From contig OX597816.1 in assembly GCA_951406725.2 (NCBI GenBank), positions 85,870,001 to 85,934,000 of the forward strand: a stretch of 64,000 bases of DNA, given 5' to 3'. Numbering within the stretch: position 1 is the stretch's first letter; each line of letters begins with the position of its first letter. The notes under the pieces were generated by a model. It did no database searches. It was given only the letters and a program-made list of their open reading frames with translations, and was not told where the DNA came from. This DNA is from Octopus vulgaris. Its lineage: Eukaryota. This document shows, one piece after another, positions 52,741 to 64,000 of the stretch. The position numbers were made by a program, and so were the translations under genes.

Positions 52741-54746
52741 GCAACGTCGACTTAAAAAACAAGACGGCCATAAAACCTCGCCGTAAAGCGTAACTTCTGA
52801 AATTAAGATGGAATATTATATTGCAACAATTACCATTTGATTGGAGTCCATAAATATGGTCTTCACATTATTTCAAAGATAAATATATTCCTATTTTGTT
52901 ACTGTTTCTTGTGTTTCTCTTTGTAGATTTTTGCATTTATTCTTCATAATTCTTATAATTCATGTAGATGATGTTTTAAGTGTTAAAACTTATGATGTGT
53001 CCCTTAATTGTTTTTGTTATTTAGTGCAAAATTATATCTGATTGATCAGACCTATTATTAAAGATAATCGAGCCGTGGCAATCTAATTCATTTTTTCTGA
53101 AAGAATATTTTATATGGGTTGTGTTGCGAGGGTGGGGTTGGAACGATATCACTAAATATATTGAACCGCATTGTACGATGTTAAAATACCTCATTTCGAA
53201 GTTTCAATTTCTAGCTAAATGCTTTCCGTTTCATTTAAACCATGTAGTCCGTTTTGCAAAATAATTCACACGCATGCAGATATTTCAAGTAATTTAAAAC
53301 TGCAATGCATGTTGTTTGTTCGAACTTAACATTCAGAGGGAAGAGTCTCTGTGCCGGGTTATTTTTTGCAGGACGGGGAGACCATATTTATTTCTTCACA
53401 GCAACGGCTTAAAGAAAAATTGAACTATTGTAATTTAACACCCTAAATTTCAAAATCAAATAAAACATCAGCTTATATAATGTAGAAATTAAATACATAA
53501 ATTGTGTCTGTCTTTGTTGGTGAAATCTACAGACAAAGGTCAAATGATTTAGGAAAGTGCGATGAACTACAATATCAGTTATACCGAAATTTATTTGCTG
53601 AGGTCCAGTGAGACTTATAAGTATATAAAATGAATAAAACATTCACAACACTCTTTATGGTTTGTATATATGATTATACACTCAATACAACATACTGAAC
53701 AATACGAGAAAGTGTGTGGTAAGGAGAAAATGCCCTGCAAAGAATATGCAGCGCAATCCTATGGTCAGATTACGCACATTTCAACCATAATCTAATTCTT
53801 TAACAGCCCATTTTTGAATATTGCCATGTCATTTAAAGGATTTTCACTTATAGTCTTATTACTTGCCGATACACAGTAAAATTACAGCAACCAGGAACTT
53901 TGAGTGAAAATGCATTCCAGTTTCATAATTAACAGCACACTTTTCAAATTTCGCTGAGGTTGACTTTGCCCTTCAACCTTTTGCTAAAGTGTTTTAGTTA
54001 CCTATGTAGATGTGAGTGTATATAGAGATACTCTCAACTATTGAACTTTTGGGCCTAGCGACACAACCATGACGTGTTACCAAGAAGGAAAGAGAGGAAT
54101 AGAAACATTCAGGTGGTTATAGGGGCAGCATGTAATGTAGTTCTTTACTCAAAGATACAACAGGCCGCCCATTTCAAGATTTAAATACACGACATTATGT
54201 TCGCGACCTGAATATGCCTTACCACTCACCTTTATGCAAGATGAATAAATGAAATCACAGCTTCTAGGGTTCACAACCAGCCACCCATCTAGGAATTAAA
54301 AACTCGATGTCGCTTGACGTCAGTGACCAGACGAGAATCGGTGTTTCCCTCTGTTATATTCGTTAACAATAATGCTGAAGAAATATGGCACATAATTCTT
54401 ATGTAGGCATCATCGTTATATCTGGATAAATATATTAGGTGTAAAAGGATATAACAGCAAAAAAAGTAAAATAATAAAATAGTTTTATATAAAACCGCTC
54501 CCGTTAAGCTGATACGATTATATATGTCTGCATAACTCTAACTACATTCACATTAACGATTAGCACATATTTCCTGACCAAACCTTTCCAATTCAATAAT
54601 CCCATCCACTTTCCATCAGCATGTCCAATAAGTCGTTTGTTTTAGATGATAGGTGGGCAATTTCGTGTCTTGAACCCTGAAATACACTGTGTTTTTAACA
54701 CTATACGTCGGACGTAAAAAGACAGCTTATTAAGTATTGATAATGC

Positions 54747-54800
<54 letters not shown>

Positions 54801-57034
54801 CTTGCCCGCTTAGCCAGTGGGGTGGCGTGATTTGAAGGCTAAAGCAATGCGAAGCGCATTGTGACCAGCTATGTGTAGCAATATCTGATAGCCTGGTCAG
54901 TCACATGATCACGTATATATATACATATAAATATATACACATACATACATACATACATACATACATACATACATACATACATACATACATACATACATAC
55001 ATAGGTCTATGTTCATACATACATAAAAGCGTATATACCTATGTGCGGATGTATGTGTGGAAGGTATCAATTTAGTCAATGCTATTTTTTTTATTGATTT
55101 ATTTGTCATTGTATAAATATGTGTAGAATTTTGTCGGCAGTTGTAAAAGCCATTACTGTATTTGGTTATATATTTTACTTATCTTCGAAAATTGTGCCAA
55201 GGTCTCATCTAGATGCCCTAAGTATGAGCTCATCACCATTTTGTACCAGCAATGATTAGTTTATATCAATTGACAATAGCGTTTGCCATATCCGTTCAGT
55301 TAGAATGTGACCGACACATCCGAACGCATTTGAAACTGCGTTTTTTTTTTGGTTAATATTGAAGGCATCAGTGTTTTTGCTAGTATTGCAATTAGAGAAA
55401 CAGAACATCGGAAAGTCTCATATGGCACAGACTACTGCAGTAGAAATACTCTTTACGCAAATTCGATCCTAAAAGCAAACTGTAACAACATTGTTTGACG
55501 TCTTTGCATTAGCCGATAGACGAGGTTTCCTTCTTCTCATGCCAAAAAAAATACGAATGTGTAATATCTACCATACGTATTTAACACCATCTAGCCTCGT
55601 GAAACCAATCATATTAAAACCAAATATGCAAAATTTTTGCAGCGATTTAATTCGTAGATTCTAAAAAAAAAAAACCCCAGCGAACACTGTCGCGTTCGAT
55701 TCCTATTTAATGCTATTTGTCTTTTACTAAAGTGACTCGCTATTCATCGAGGCTCTTGCGTAAGACATAATTATCTTAAAAGGTCACTTACCTTGCATTT
55801 GACACCTTGGAAATAATAGCGGGAATCGTTAAATGGAACACAATATTATCATGACACTGTAGGAATTCCACACTCTTGCGTCGTTCCAGTATTCACCTCA
55901 TTGTGTAAACTCTATAACACCATCTGAAAATCATATATTATCGTCTGATTACAATATACAGTTTCAATATATCATCTAAGCATAATGTGTGGTGAGCGTG
56001 TACAATATTTTCATTAGAGTAGTTATGTATATGACATAAGAATTCACAGCCGATTATCGAATAAATGATACGATTGACTTAATGGTATTATCGAATGAAA
56101 TGGGAATGTAATATTCATTACCTGAGAAGTTGAGATCAACAAACATTTATAACGACATGTGGAATGGCTAGATGATAAAATGTTCGTGAAAACTGCTGTC
56201 AGAACCATTCAGTAATTTATAAATCATCCAGCCACGTACATATGCACATATCCATATTTATGTAAGTCATATCTAAGTATCAATATGTGTCTGTATGAAT
56301 CTCTCGTTTATGCACACAACACATATACATGCTTTCACACAGAATATATATGCGTATGTATGTCTGTGCGACCGCGCGTTATTGTGGACTGTAATGAATG
56401 TGTGCGTGTGTGTGTTTGTGTGCATGTATAAGGTATTCATAACTCATTAATTTAAAGACATTTAAGGCATGGAACATTAGCATTGTTATAAAACAACTAA
56501 ATTGCTTTCATTTAATTCCTTCCCTTTCAGAATTATATCAACGGATGTCAGTGCAAACCGTCACCTTTTATATAATAAAACTGTACTTATTGCATCATAC
56601 AGTGTGATAAACTCTACATCATAGATATAAGAGAAAAGTTAGCTGGCAATAAACAGCGATATGATCAAAGTTAAGAACAATGACAACGACAACAAAACAA
56701 TTACAATTGTATCTCCGACAAAGGCATGATAAAGCATTCAGTAAACAATAGCCAATAACGCCATGGATCTCGTGGTAACGTATTTTACGAAAACAAGCCT
56801 TCTCATCCAAGCTCGTTTAATCGTCATTATCCTTGTCAACTTTAGCGTTATGATGATAATCATGATGTCTATGAACACGATAGTGCTCATCACCGTCATA
56901 CGCATCGTTATTATTATCATCGTCATACTCATCATTGTCATGTTGCTGTTGCCGTTGTCGTGACCAAGCATCAACGTCATCGCTATTCTTCTATTACTAA
57001 GAATAACCTTATATCTCTATCTGTCCGAAAGTAG

Positions 57035-57240
57035 AATTCATACCAGATAAGCCACCCATAATTGGATACAACTCACCCAACAAGAACTCACTACTTGAAC
57101 AAAACTGGGTACAACTCACGCAACAAGAACTCACTACTTGAACAAAACTTGACTTAAACAGGATTCGAATAATCCTATCAGGTGGTGCTATTAAGTTAGA
57201 CATGGCCTGGACCAATCTCTGGTCGAAACATATCTAAGTT
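57035..57240 (+). mobile_element. Short 5'-truncated relative of the 46.7-50.9 kb LINE with a 43-bp internal tandem duplication
   Basis: Encodes IPDKPPIIGYNSPNKNSLLE (ORF2 end reads IPDKPPTPGYASVNNNSLLE); 32-nt identical 3' UTR motif; ATCTAAGT tail; duplication 57067-57109 / 57110-57149. Confidence 0.85.
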
Positions 57241-57310
57241 TTATATTTCAACAAGATAAATTATAATTATACAAAATCATGAGCATATATGCATACAAAC
57301 ATTGTGTATA

Positions 57311-57364
<54 letters not shown>

Positions 57365-57581
57365 ACAAAGTTAAGGATAGAACTACATTTGGGCTTGGAG
57401 ATAATTTTAATGAATCAAGAATATATGCTGTGTAGTGTTCGATGTGTCTTTATTTATTTGTTTCTCTCTGTCTCTGTATTGGTCGCTCTGTCTTTCTACC
57501 TATCTACCTAGCTATATCGAAATTTATTTAGATAGATAGATAAACAGACATACAGACAGAAAGATATATAGAAAGATAGAC

Positions 57582-57640
<59 letters not shown>

Positions 57641-58624
57641 TACATACATGCATATATACATACATAGACAGAACAGACCGACGGACAGTCAGACAAACAG
57701 GACAGACAAACAGACTTACTGAGAAATAGATAGACAGACACACAGACAGACAGATATATATAGGGAGAGATAGCCTTCAAAGATCAGCTGAAATCATGTA
57801 TTGGTAATCAAAATAAATTCAGTTATTTTATCTTAATCTCATTTTCAAAAGTTGAGAATAACATGTTTCCGTCATTTTTTTCATTTCTCTATATGATTTA
57901 TTCACTAGAGCATTGGATAGCCTACCTATTCCAATAGGCAAAATGCTGGAGTCCATCTTTGTCAATATATTGCTAGCTTGAACACTCAGCGCCGATACTT
58001 ATTGCTTGAAGTAACCTGTTTAGATAATGTGAGGTTACAAGAGAATATGGTTCTTGAAGTCTTTATGGGCAGAATGGTTTGCATATTTTGCTCTTCTGTG
58101 TGTTCTAGCAAGGCAAATTTAGTGTATACGTTTTGCCATTGGCCAGAGGCTTCAATTTCGTGAAGAAAGCGTCCCACTGATAACAAAAAGATAAAGAACA
58201 TCTTTCCTGTTGGTAGATGCTACGAGCCGCGACAATTTTCTCGTGTGACACAGCTGGCAATTACAAGGTGCAGGGGAGAAAGAAGATGATCTGTCAAGGA
58301 TGCTCTATTTAGAATTGGGAAGTCGTTTAATGATCATGGACCATAGAGATATGCAAGGAATTGATCATGATATATTCTATGCAATTGAATTTGCTGTTTG
58401 AAGTAATGTGCATCGTAAACTAGCTACCACGTTAGTGTCTATTGAGTCTATACTCATAAAAAATATGTACGAGTGGGCATTAGCAGGAGTTAAAGGGTAC
58501 GGCGAATCTCCTGATACGATAAATTGAAATAACGGGAAGCTGAGCGAAACTTTAATTAAATACTATATGTTTGTTGTTACTCTCTTTCAGTGCACACTAT
58601 CACTCATATGTACATGCCTACGTT

Positions 58625-58830
<206 letters not shown>

Positions 58831-58839
58831 ATATATATA

Positions 58840-59205
58840 CTAGCAGTATCGCCCGGCGTTGCTCGGGTTTGTAAGGGAAATAACTATAAAGCATTTTTAG
58901 AGAGTTATAGAAAAAAAAAAAAAATGGAAAAAAAATATGGTAATTTTTTTTGAGAGTTAAAAAGGTCGAGTTGCGTCCCCTAGACAGTCTGTGGTTTGTG
59001 TTTCTTATTCTCGACCCCATGTCGAATTTATCGATTTTTTCAGAACTGGGGGAACTTTTCAAAATTTTCGCTGCGTTAGTTTTGAATTATGACATTGGGC
59101 TATGTCTGTGTCAAGTTTCATCAGAATCGGTTGAAAGCCATGGTCAGGGTGAGGGTACAACCTGACAGACACACAGACACACAGACAGACAAACTGCCGT
59201 TTTAT
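58840..59205 (-). mobile_element. Non-autonomous Helitron-like element
   Basis: Minus-strand 3' end: hairpin CCCG-agcaacgc-CGGG, 9 nt, then CTAG|T; (CTGT)n near the 5' end; sits in (TA)n. Confidence 0.7.
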
Positions 59206-59682
59206 ATATATATATATATATATCCATCCATCTATCTGCCTACCTACCGACCTGGCAACCTACTTATCTATATCTCCCTATTTATGTCTCTATCAATTTA
59301 TCTTTCTGTCTCTCTATCAATTTGTATAGCTGTCTGGTTGTGGATTTTGTGTGGTATCAGTTACAAGTTAGATTTAGCCTGTGCATCTCTGTCAATCAAT
59401 TAGTGTTTAAATCTTTGATACATTGCTGTCCGAATACAGCAACTATGAATAGGAAACATTATTTCTAACAACTGACTGGCACTGAAATATATAATACCGA
59501 AGATGAATCGAATATTTGTCGCAATAATTTTTATCAGATATTTCTATTTTTCCCACAAATTTTAACAACGTATTTATAATAGAATCTGACATATGCATTA
59601 ACAAATAACCAATTTATAATTGAAATTCATATTTAAAAGCATATCTCGTTTGTAAATACATGATTTAACTCTTAGAATAAGG

Positions 59683-59727
<45 letters not shown>

Positions 59728-59729
59728 CA

Positions 59730-61958
59730 GTGGATCTTTTCGCGGGCGCTTGTCAGCGTGCATTGGAGCGGCTCAACTTCTCCAGGCGCCAACGCCGCCT
59801 CAACATCTCCCCGGCTGAGCTCTTGGCTCTTCGTTCCCTCCAACGGCGCGCTGACATTATCATCAAACCGGCTGACAAGGGTGGAGCTGTAGTGGTGTGG
59901 CGCGCGGACCTCTATAGGGCCGAGGCTTTCCGCCAACTCAATGACACCTCCTTCTATTCCCCTCTGCCCTCTAACCCCACACGTAGCTACCAACAGACGG
60001 TATCCTCTACTGTCCAAGACCTCATCTCGTCCTCCCGTCTCCCCCGCACCGCATCCAACCTAATTGTGCGAACCCCACGTACCCCCACCATTTACTTCCT
60101 CCCCAAAATCCACAAACCCAACAACCCTGGCCGCCCCATCGTCTCCGCCTGTAACTGCCCCACGGAGCTCATCTCTAAATACCTCGACCGTGTCCTTGCC
60201 CCCCTAGTGGCATCTCTTCCCTCCCACATCCACGATACCAACCATGCTCTCCGGCTTTTCAACTCTTTCTCCTTTCCTCCCGGCTCCTCCAAAATCCTTT
60301 TTACTATGGACATCCAAAGCCTCTATACTGTTATCCCTCACCACGAAGGACTGCAGGCCCTTCGACACTTTCTTGACCTCCGCTCTAACCCTGTACCTGA
60401 CACCTCCACACTCATTCGTCTGGCCGAACTTGTCCTTACTCTGAACTGCTTCTCGTTCGCGGGCGAGTTCTACCATCAGGTCTCGGGAGTGGCCATGGGA
60501 ACGCGAATGGGCCCCAACTATGCGAACCTGTTCGTTGGCTATGTTGAGGCCCAAATATTCTCTACTTTCACTGGTCCCACTCCTGAACTATATGGTCGTT
60601 ATATTGACGACATTATCGGTGCCACCTCACTCTCCCGCGAACATCTAGATTCCTTCCTCTCTTTCGTCCAATCTTTCCATCCAGCCCTCCACTTCACTTC
60701 CACTATCTCCAACACCTCTGTCTCCTTCCTCGACATTTCGGTTAGCATTCTTGACTCCACTCTTACCACCTCCATTCACTACAAACACACAGACTCACAC
60801 TCATACCTCAACTTCTCTTCCTCCCACCCAGAACACACCAAGCTTTCCATCCCCTATTCCCAATTCCTCCGTCTACGTAGGCTCTGTAGTGACGACCATG
60901 ACTTTGAGACTCAGTCTCAACGTATGGCTCACCACTTCACCCTACGTGGATACCCCCTCACCACTATCCACACCGCCCTTGCCAGAGCACGGTCCGTGGA
61001 CCGTGTATCTGCTCTCTCTCCCCGAACCCGCCCTGTAGTCTCCCGCCTCCCTTTTCCCCTCACTTACCACCCCACGACCCTACGTCTCCAACGCACCATT
61101 CTTCGAGCTTTCCGTCGTCTCCAGTCCGACCCGTCCACTTCACACCTCTTCCCTAACCGACCCCTCCCCTCTTTCAAACGAGCCCACAACCTTCGAGACC
61201 TTTTGGTCCATAGCTCCTTCCCTGACCCTACCTCCCAACCCGGCTCGTTCCCCTGCTCCCGCCCACGTTGCCGCACTTGCCCTTACCTCTCCAACACCAC
61301 CCGCCTCACTAGCACCCACCATCGACCCTATCCCATCATCCACTCCTTCACCTGCACCTCCAGCAATATTATCTATTGCATCTCTTGCTCTCTCTGCAAT
61401 TCCTTGTACATCGGACAAACGGGACGCCGCTTGGCTGACCGGTTCGCGGAACACCTTCGTGACATCCACCTTGCGAACGACACACCGGTCTCACGCCATT
61501 TCCGCTCCACCGGTCACTCCTTGCAACACCTATCTGTGTTCGGTTTGTCCTTACACAGAGGCCATCCGGATTCCCGTTTGCGCCGTGAACAGGAATTAAT
61601 CTTCTCTCTTCGCTCTTATACGCCATTTGGTCTCAACTCTCCCCCCTCCTCATCTAACCCCCCTCTCCCCCTCCTCACCTATCCTTTCTCCCCCCGACCC
61701 CCACTTCTTCAGTCCTTCATCCTTTCACCCCTACTCCCTTCCCTTCTTCCCTCTTTCTCCCTCCCTCTTCCTCTTCCCTCTGCTCCCTCACTCCCTCTCT
61801 CCCCTTCTCTCTCCCCCTCTCCCTCTTTCCTCCTTCATCCCTCTCCTCCCCTTCCTTCTCCCCATCCTCTCCTCTTCACCCTCCCCTCCCCCTCTTCTTC
61901 CCCTCCCCTTCTCCCCCCTCTTCTCCCCTCCCCCTCTTCTCCTCACTACACCACATGA
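59730..61958 (+). CDS. Penelope-like RT + Cys linker + GIY-YIG endonuclease (N-truncated; low-complexity Pro/Ser/Leu tail)
   Basis: KPADKGG, YFLPKIHK, GRPIVS, MDIQSLYT, GVAMG, RYIDD, FLD; CSRPRCRTC; IIYCISC..LYIGQT.R...R..EH..E..GLN. Confidence 0.92.
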   Translation: MDLFAGACQRALERLNFSRRQRRLNISPAELLALRSLQRRADIIIKPADKGGAVVVWRADLYRAEAFRQLNDTSFYSPLPSNPTRSYQQTVSSTVQDLISSSRLPRTASNLIVRTPRTPTIYFLPKIHKPNNPGRPIVSACNCPTELISKYLDRVLAPLVASLPSHIHDTNHALRLFNSFSFPPGSSKILFTMDIQSLYTVIPHHEGLQALRHFLDLRSNPVPDTSTLIRLAELVLTLNCFSFAGEFYHQVSGVAMGTRMGPNYANLFVGYVEAQIFSTFTGPTPELYGRYIDDIIGATSLSREHLDSFLSFVQSFHPALHFTSTISNTSVSFLDISVSILDSTLTTSIHYKHTDSHSYLNFSSSHPEHTKLSIPYSQFLRLRRLCSDDHDFETQSQRMAHHFTLRGYPLTTIHTALARARSVDRVSALSPRTRPVVSRLPFPLTYHPTTLRLQRTILRAFRRLQSDPSTSHLFPNRPLPSFKRAHNLRDLLVHSSFPDPTSQPGSFPCSRPRCRTCPYLSNTTRLTSTHHRPYPIIHSFTCTSSNIIYCISCSLCNSLYIGQTGRRLADRFAEHLRDIHLANDTPVSRHFRSTGHSLQHLSVFGLSLHRGHPDSRLRREQELIFSLRSYTPFGLNSPPSSSNPPLPLLTYPFSPRPPLLQSFILSPLLPSLLPSFSLPLPLPSAPSLPLSPSLSPSPSFLLHPSPPLPSPHPLLFTLPSPSSSPPLLPPLLPSPSSPHYTT

Positions 61959-61989
61959 CTTTACACATCACATCACATATGATGTGCCA

Positions 61990-62320
61990 TACTAATACAC
62001 ACACCAACTAATACATACTAATACGTACTAATACATACTAGTACATACTAATACTTACACCAACCCTATACATACACACGTCCAGACCCCGCATACGCAC
62101 TTATACTCTCTCACACACACACACACACACCTATACATACCAATACGTACTAATACATACTAATACATACTAATACACACACCAACCCCATACATACGCA
62201 CGTCCAGACCAATCCCACGCACTGATACTCTCTCATACACACACACACACACACACACACCCTTATACATACTAATACATACACCAACCCTATACATACA
62301 CATCCAGACCCCTCCCACGC
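61990..62320 (+). repeat. Nested tandem repeats in the Penelope 3' UTR: (ACTAATACAT)n inside larger repeated units
   Basis: acaccaaccc.atacatac.ca..tccagacc occurs three times (~62057, ~62179, ~62281). Confidence 0.8.
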
Positions 62321-62482
62321 ACTTTTAGCTGGTCCCTCAACCCTATTATCTCCCCTTATTTCGCTCTCGCGTCTCATGTTTGATCTTTGACCTCTGGCCG
62401 AAATCAGATCGCCATGTTGATTCGTTAGCTACTGCACGCATTTTTTTCTCTCCTTCTTTCTGTGTTTTTCTCTCTCTGTGTA

Positions 62483-62520
62483 TCTTTCTGTTGAAGAGCG
62501 TAGGCTCGAAACGTTAAAGA
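62483..62520 (+). ncRNA. Minimal hammerhead with non-canonical CUGUUGA core
   Basis: TCTTT-CTGTTGA-A-GAGC gtag GCTC-GAAA-CG-TT-AAAGA. Confidence 0.75.
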
Positions 62521-62641
62521 CTTGTTTTATTTATATTTCCTGAGCGCCATACTAATACAATTGTTCGTTTGTTTTCCACCTGCCTTCGTCTTTTGTTTAT
62601 TTTCATAAAGCTTCCCGTTATATATATATATATATATATAT

Positions 62642-63100
62642 ATAAAGATAAATTAAATATAGCGATATTCAATTGAGAATCCAATAATTTCTTTATATTA
62701 CAATATTACATTAAATAATATGGACGCAGTATATAACATAAAATAATATTATATAACACGAATAATTATGAAAACCATAAAAGGCCAACAATTTGTTTCG
62801 ACTTATTAATTCAAATTGGTTTTTACAATCCAGCCGTACTTTCAAGCGGAATTTCATCTTTTTTCTAAAGTCAAGGCACTGAAGTTACTTTATTCAAAAT
62901 TGGACTATGATTATGTATATCAGAAAAAATACATATAAGTCGAAGCAATTTGTTGGAATTTTATGGTTTTCATAATTATTTATGTTATATAATATGATGC
63001 TATGTTATATATAATATTCATGGTATTTAATGTAATATTTTAATATAAACAAATTACTGGATTGTGAATTGAATGTCTATATTTAATTCAACTTTATAAT
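62642..63100. repeat. Imperfect inverted repeat (arms ~62642-62806 and ~62935-63100)
   Basis: ataattatgaaaaccataaaa..ccaacaatttgtttcgacttat versus ataagtcgaagcaatttgttgg..ttttatggttttcataattat. Confidence 0.75.
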
Positions 63101-63192
63101 TGAATTATACCAATGTTTATATGGTATCCATCGGACGTACCAGTGAATTGGATGTTAGCACACCACTTTGAAGGATTTCATTTCCTCAGTTT

Positions 63193-63241
<49 letters not shown>

Positions 63242-63729
63242 AATTTAGCAATCTATACCCAGTATTTATATAGTTAAATGTTTCGATTCTTCGGCTGGAT
63301 AATACACAGATGAATTTATTCACTGTTGGACTATTCTGACTCGTCACGATGCTTGAGGATATTTATTTGGTTTGAATTATTGATGTATAAAGATGGAACT
63401 AAGTGCGCATGTCTTTTACCTCGTGTATTTCGGTACATATTATAATTTCATAATTATACATTTTCCAGCGACATTACTGATGAACAACAGATGATTAATT
63501 AATGAACTGATTGACTAATTAATTGATTTATTTGATTATTAATGGTGATATTCATGGCCATAGGGTTAACTGAGACTTTTTTTCATTTAGATATCCCGCT
63601 CGCTTACAAGCAATGTGCTTCAGGAAGAATATTTCCTTTTGTGGTTTTTAATTATCGGCATGAAAGGAGTCCACATAGTAGTCTTCTGTTCATGTATAAC
63701 TGTTTATACACTATTATATATATGCATAT

Positions 63730-63924
63730 AGTTCAAATTTACAGAAAGAAAAGACAAAGACAGATGAGTGAACAGCTAGCAGGTGTGTTGGTTTGACGCT
63801 TGGGGAGAATGGAAAAGTCTTTGACGTTTCGAGCCTAAGCTCCTCGACAGAAAAGGTTGAGAGGAATAAAATGAAGAGAAAATGAAAGCACGTATGGGGA
63901 TTAATAGTTTAACATGATGATAAA

Positions 63925-63930
<6 letters not shown>
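63730..63930 (-). mobile_element. Solo Penelope pLTR (diverged) with CUGUCGA hammerhead at 63818-63855
   Basis: Minus: TTTT-CTGTCGA-G-GAGC ttag GCTC-GAAA-CG-TC-AAAG; homologous to 13725-13930. Confidence 0.75.
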
Positions 63931-63977
<47 letters not shown>

Positions 63978-64000
63978 TACACACACACACACACATCTTT

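Larger units (their letters stand above)
59724..62619 (+). mobile_element. Young Neptune-type Penelope-like retroelement, 5'-truncated, inserted in (TA)n
   Basis: Intact RT+GIY-YIG ORF, repetitive 3' UTR, 3' pLTR with hammerhead; (TA)n at 59686-59723 and 62619-62644. Confidence 0.93.

Noticed and set aside
57067-57149. CRISPR-like or functional tandem repeat
   Set aside because: Only a two-unit 43-bp duplication inside a LINE fragment; no spacers; eukaryotic context

Overview
AT-rich, microsatellite-saturated eukaryotic DNA with no confidently identifiable host gene (intergenic or intronic). The SINE families and the (TA)n/(TATG)n/(TAA)n load look cephalopod, most like Octopus (inference). 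Main contents: (1) a young CR1/L2-superfamily LINE on the minus strand (46754-50906) with an intact APE+RT ORF2, two CCCH fingers in ORF1, and a U-UUU-UUA slippery site where the ATG-less ORF2 frame opens, suggesting -1 ribosomal frameshifting; (2) three Penelope-like elements: a Naiad-type one forming a ~3.7 kb palindrome (9405-13264), a young Neptune-type one (59724-62619) and a decayed Neptune-type one (~17100-18215); (3) about 14-17 intact or decayed minimal type-I hammerhead ribozyme motifs, including a family with a conserved CUG-U-N-GA core, a U4C long-helix-II variant, and one joined to a tRNA-derived SINE head; (4) R4/Dong RLE-LINE 3' fragments in (TAA)n, RTE and CR1 fossils, tRNA-derived SINEs, Tc1/mariner MITEs and a non-autonomous Helitron. 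Most ORFs in the supplied track are microsatellite artefacts. All alignments and folds were done by eye, and repeat boundaries are approximate.
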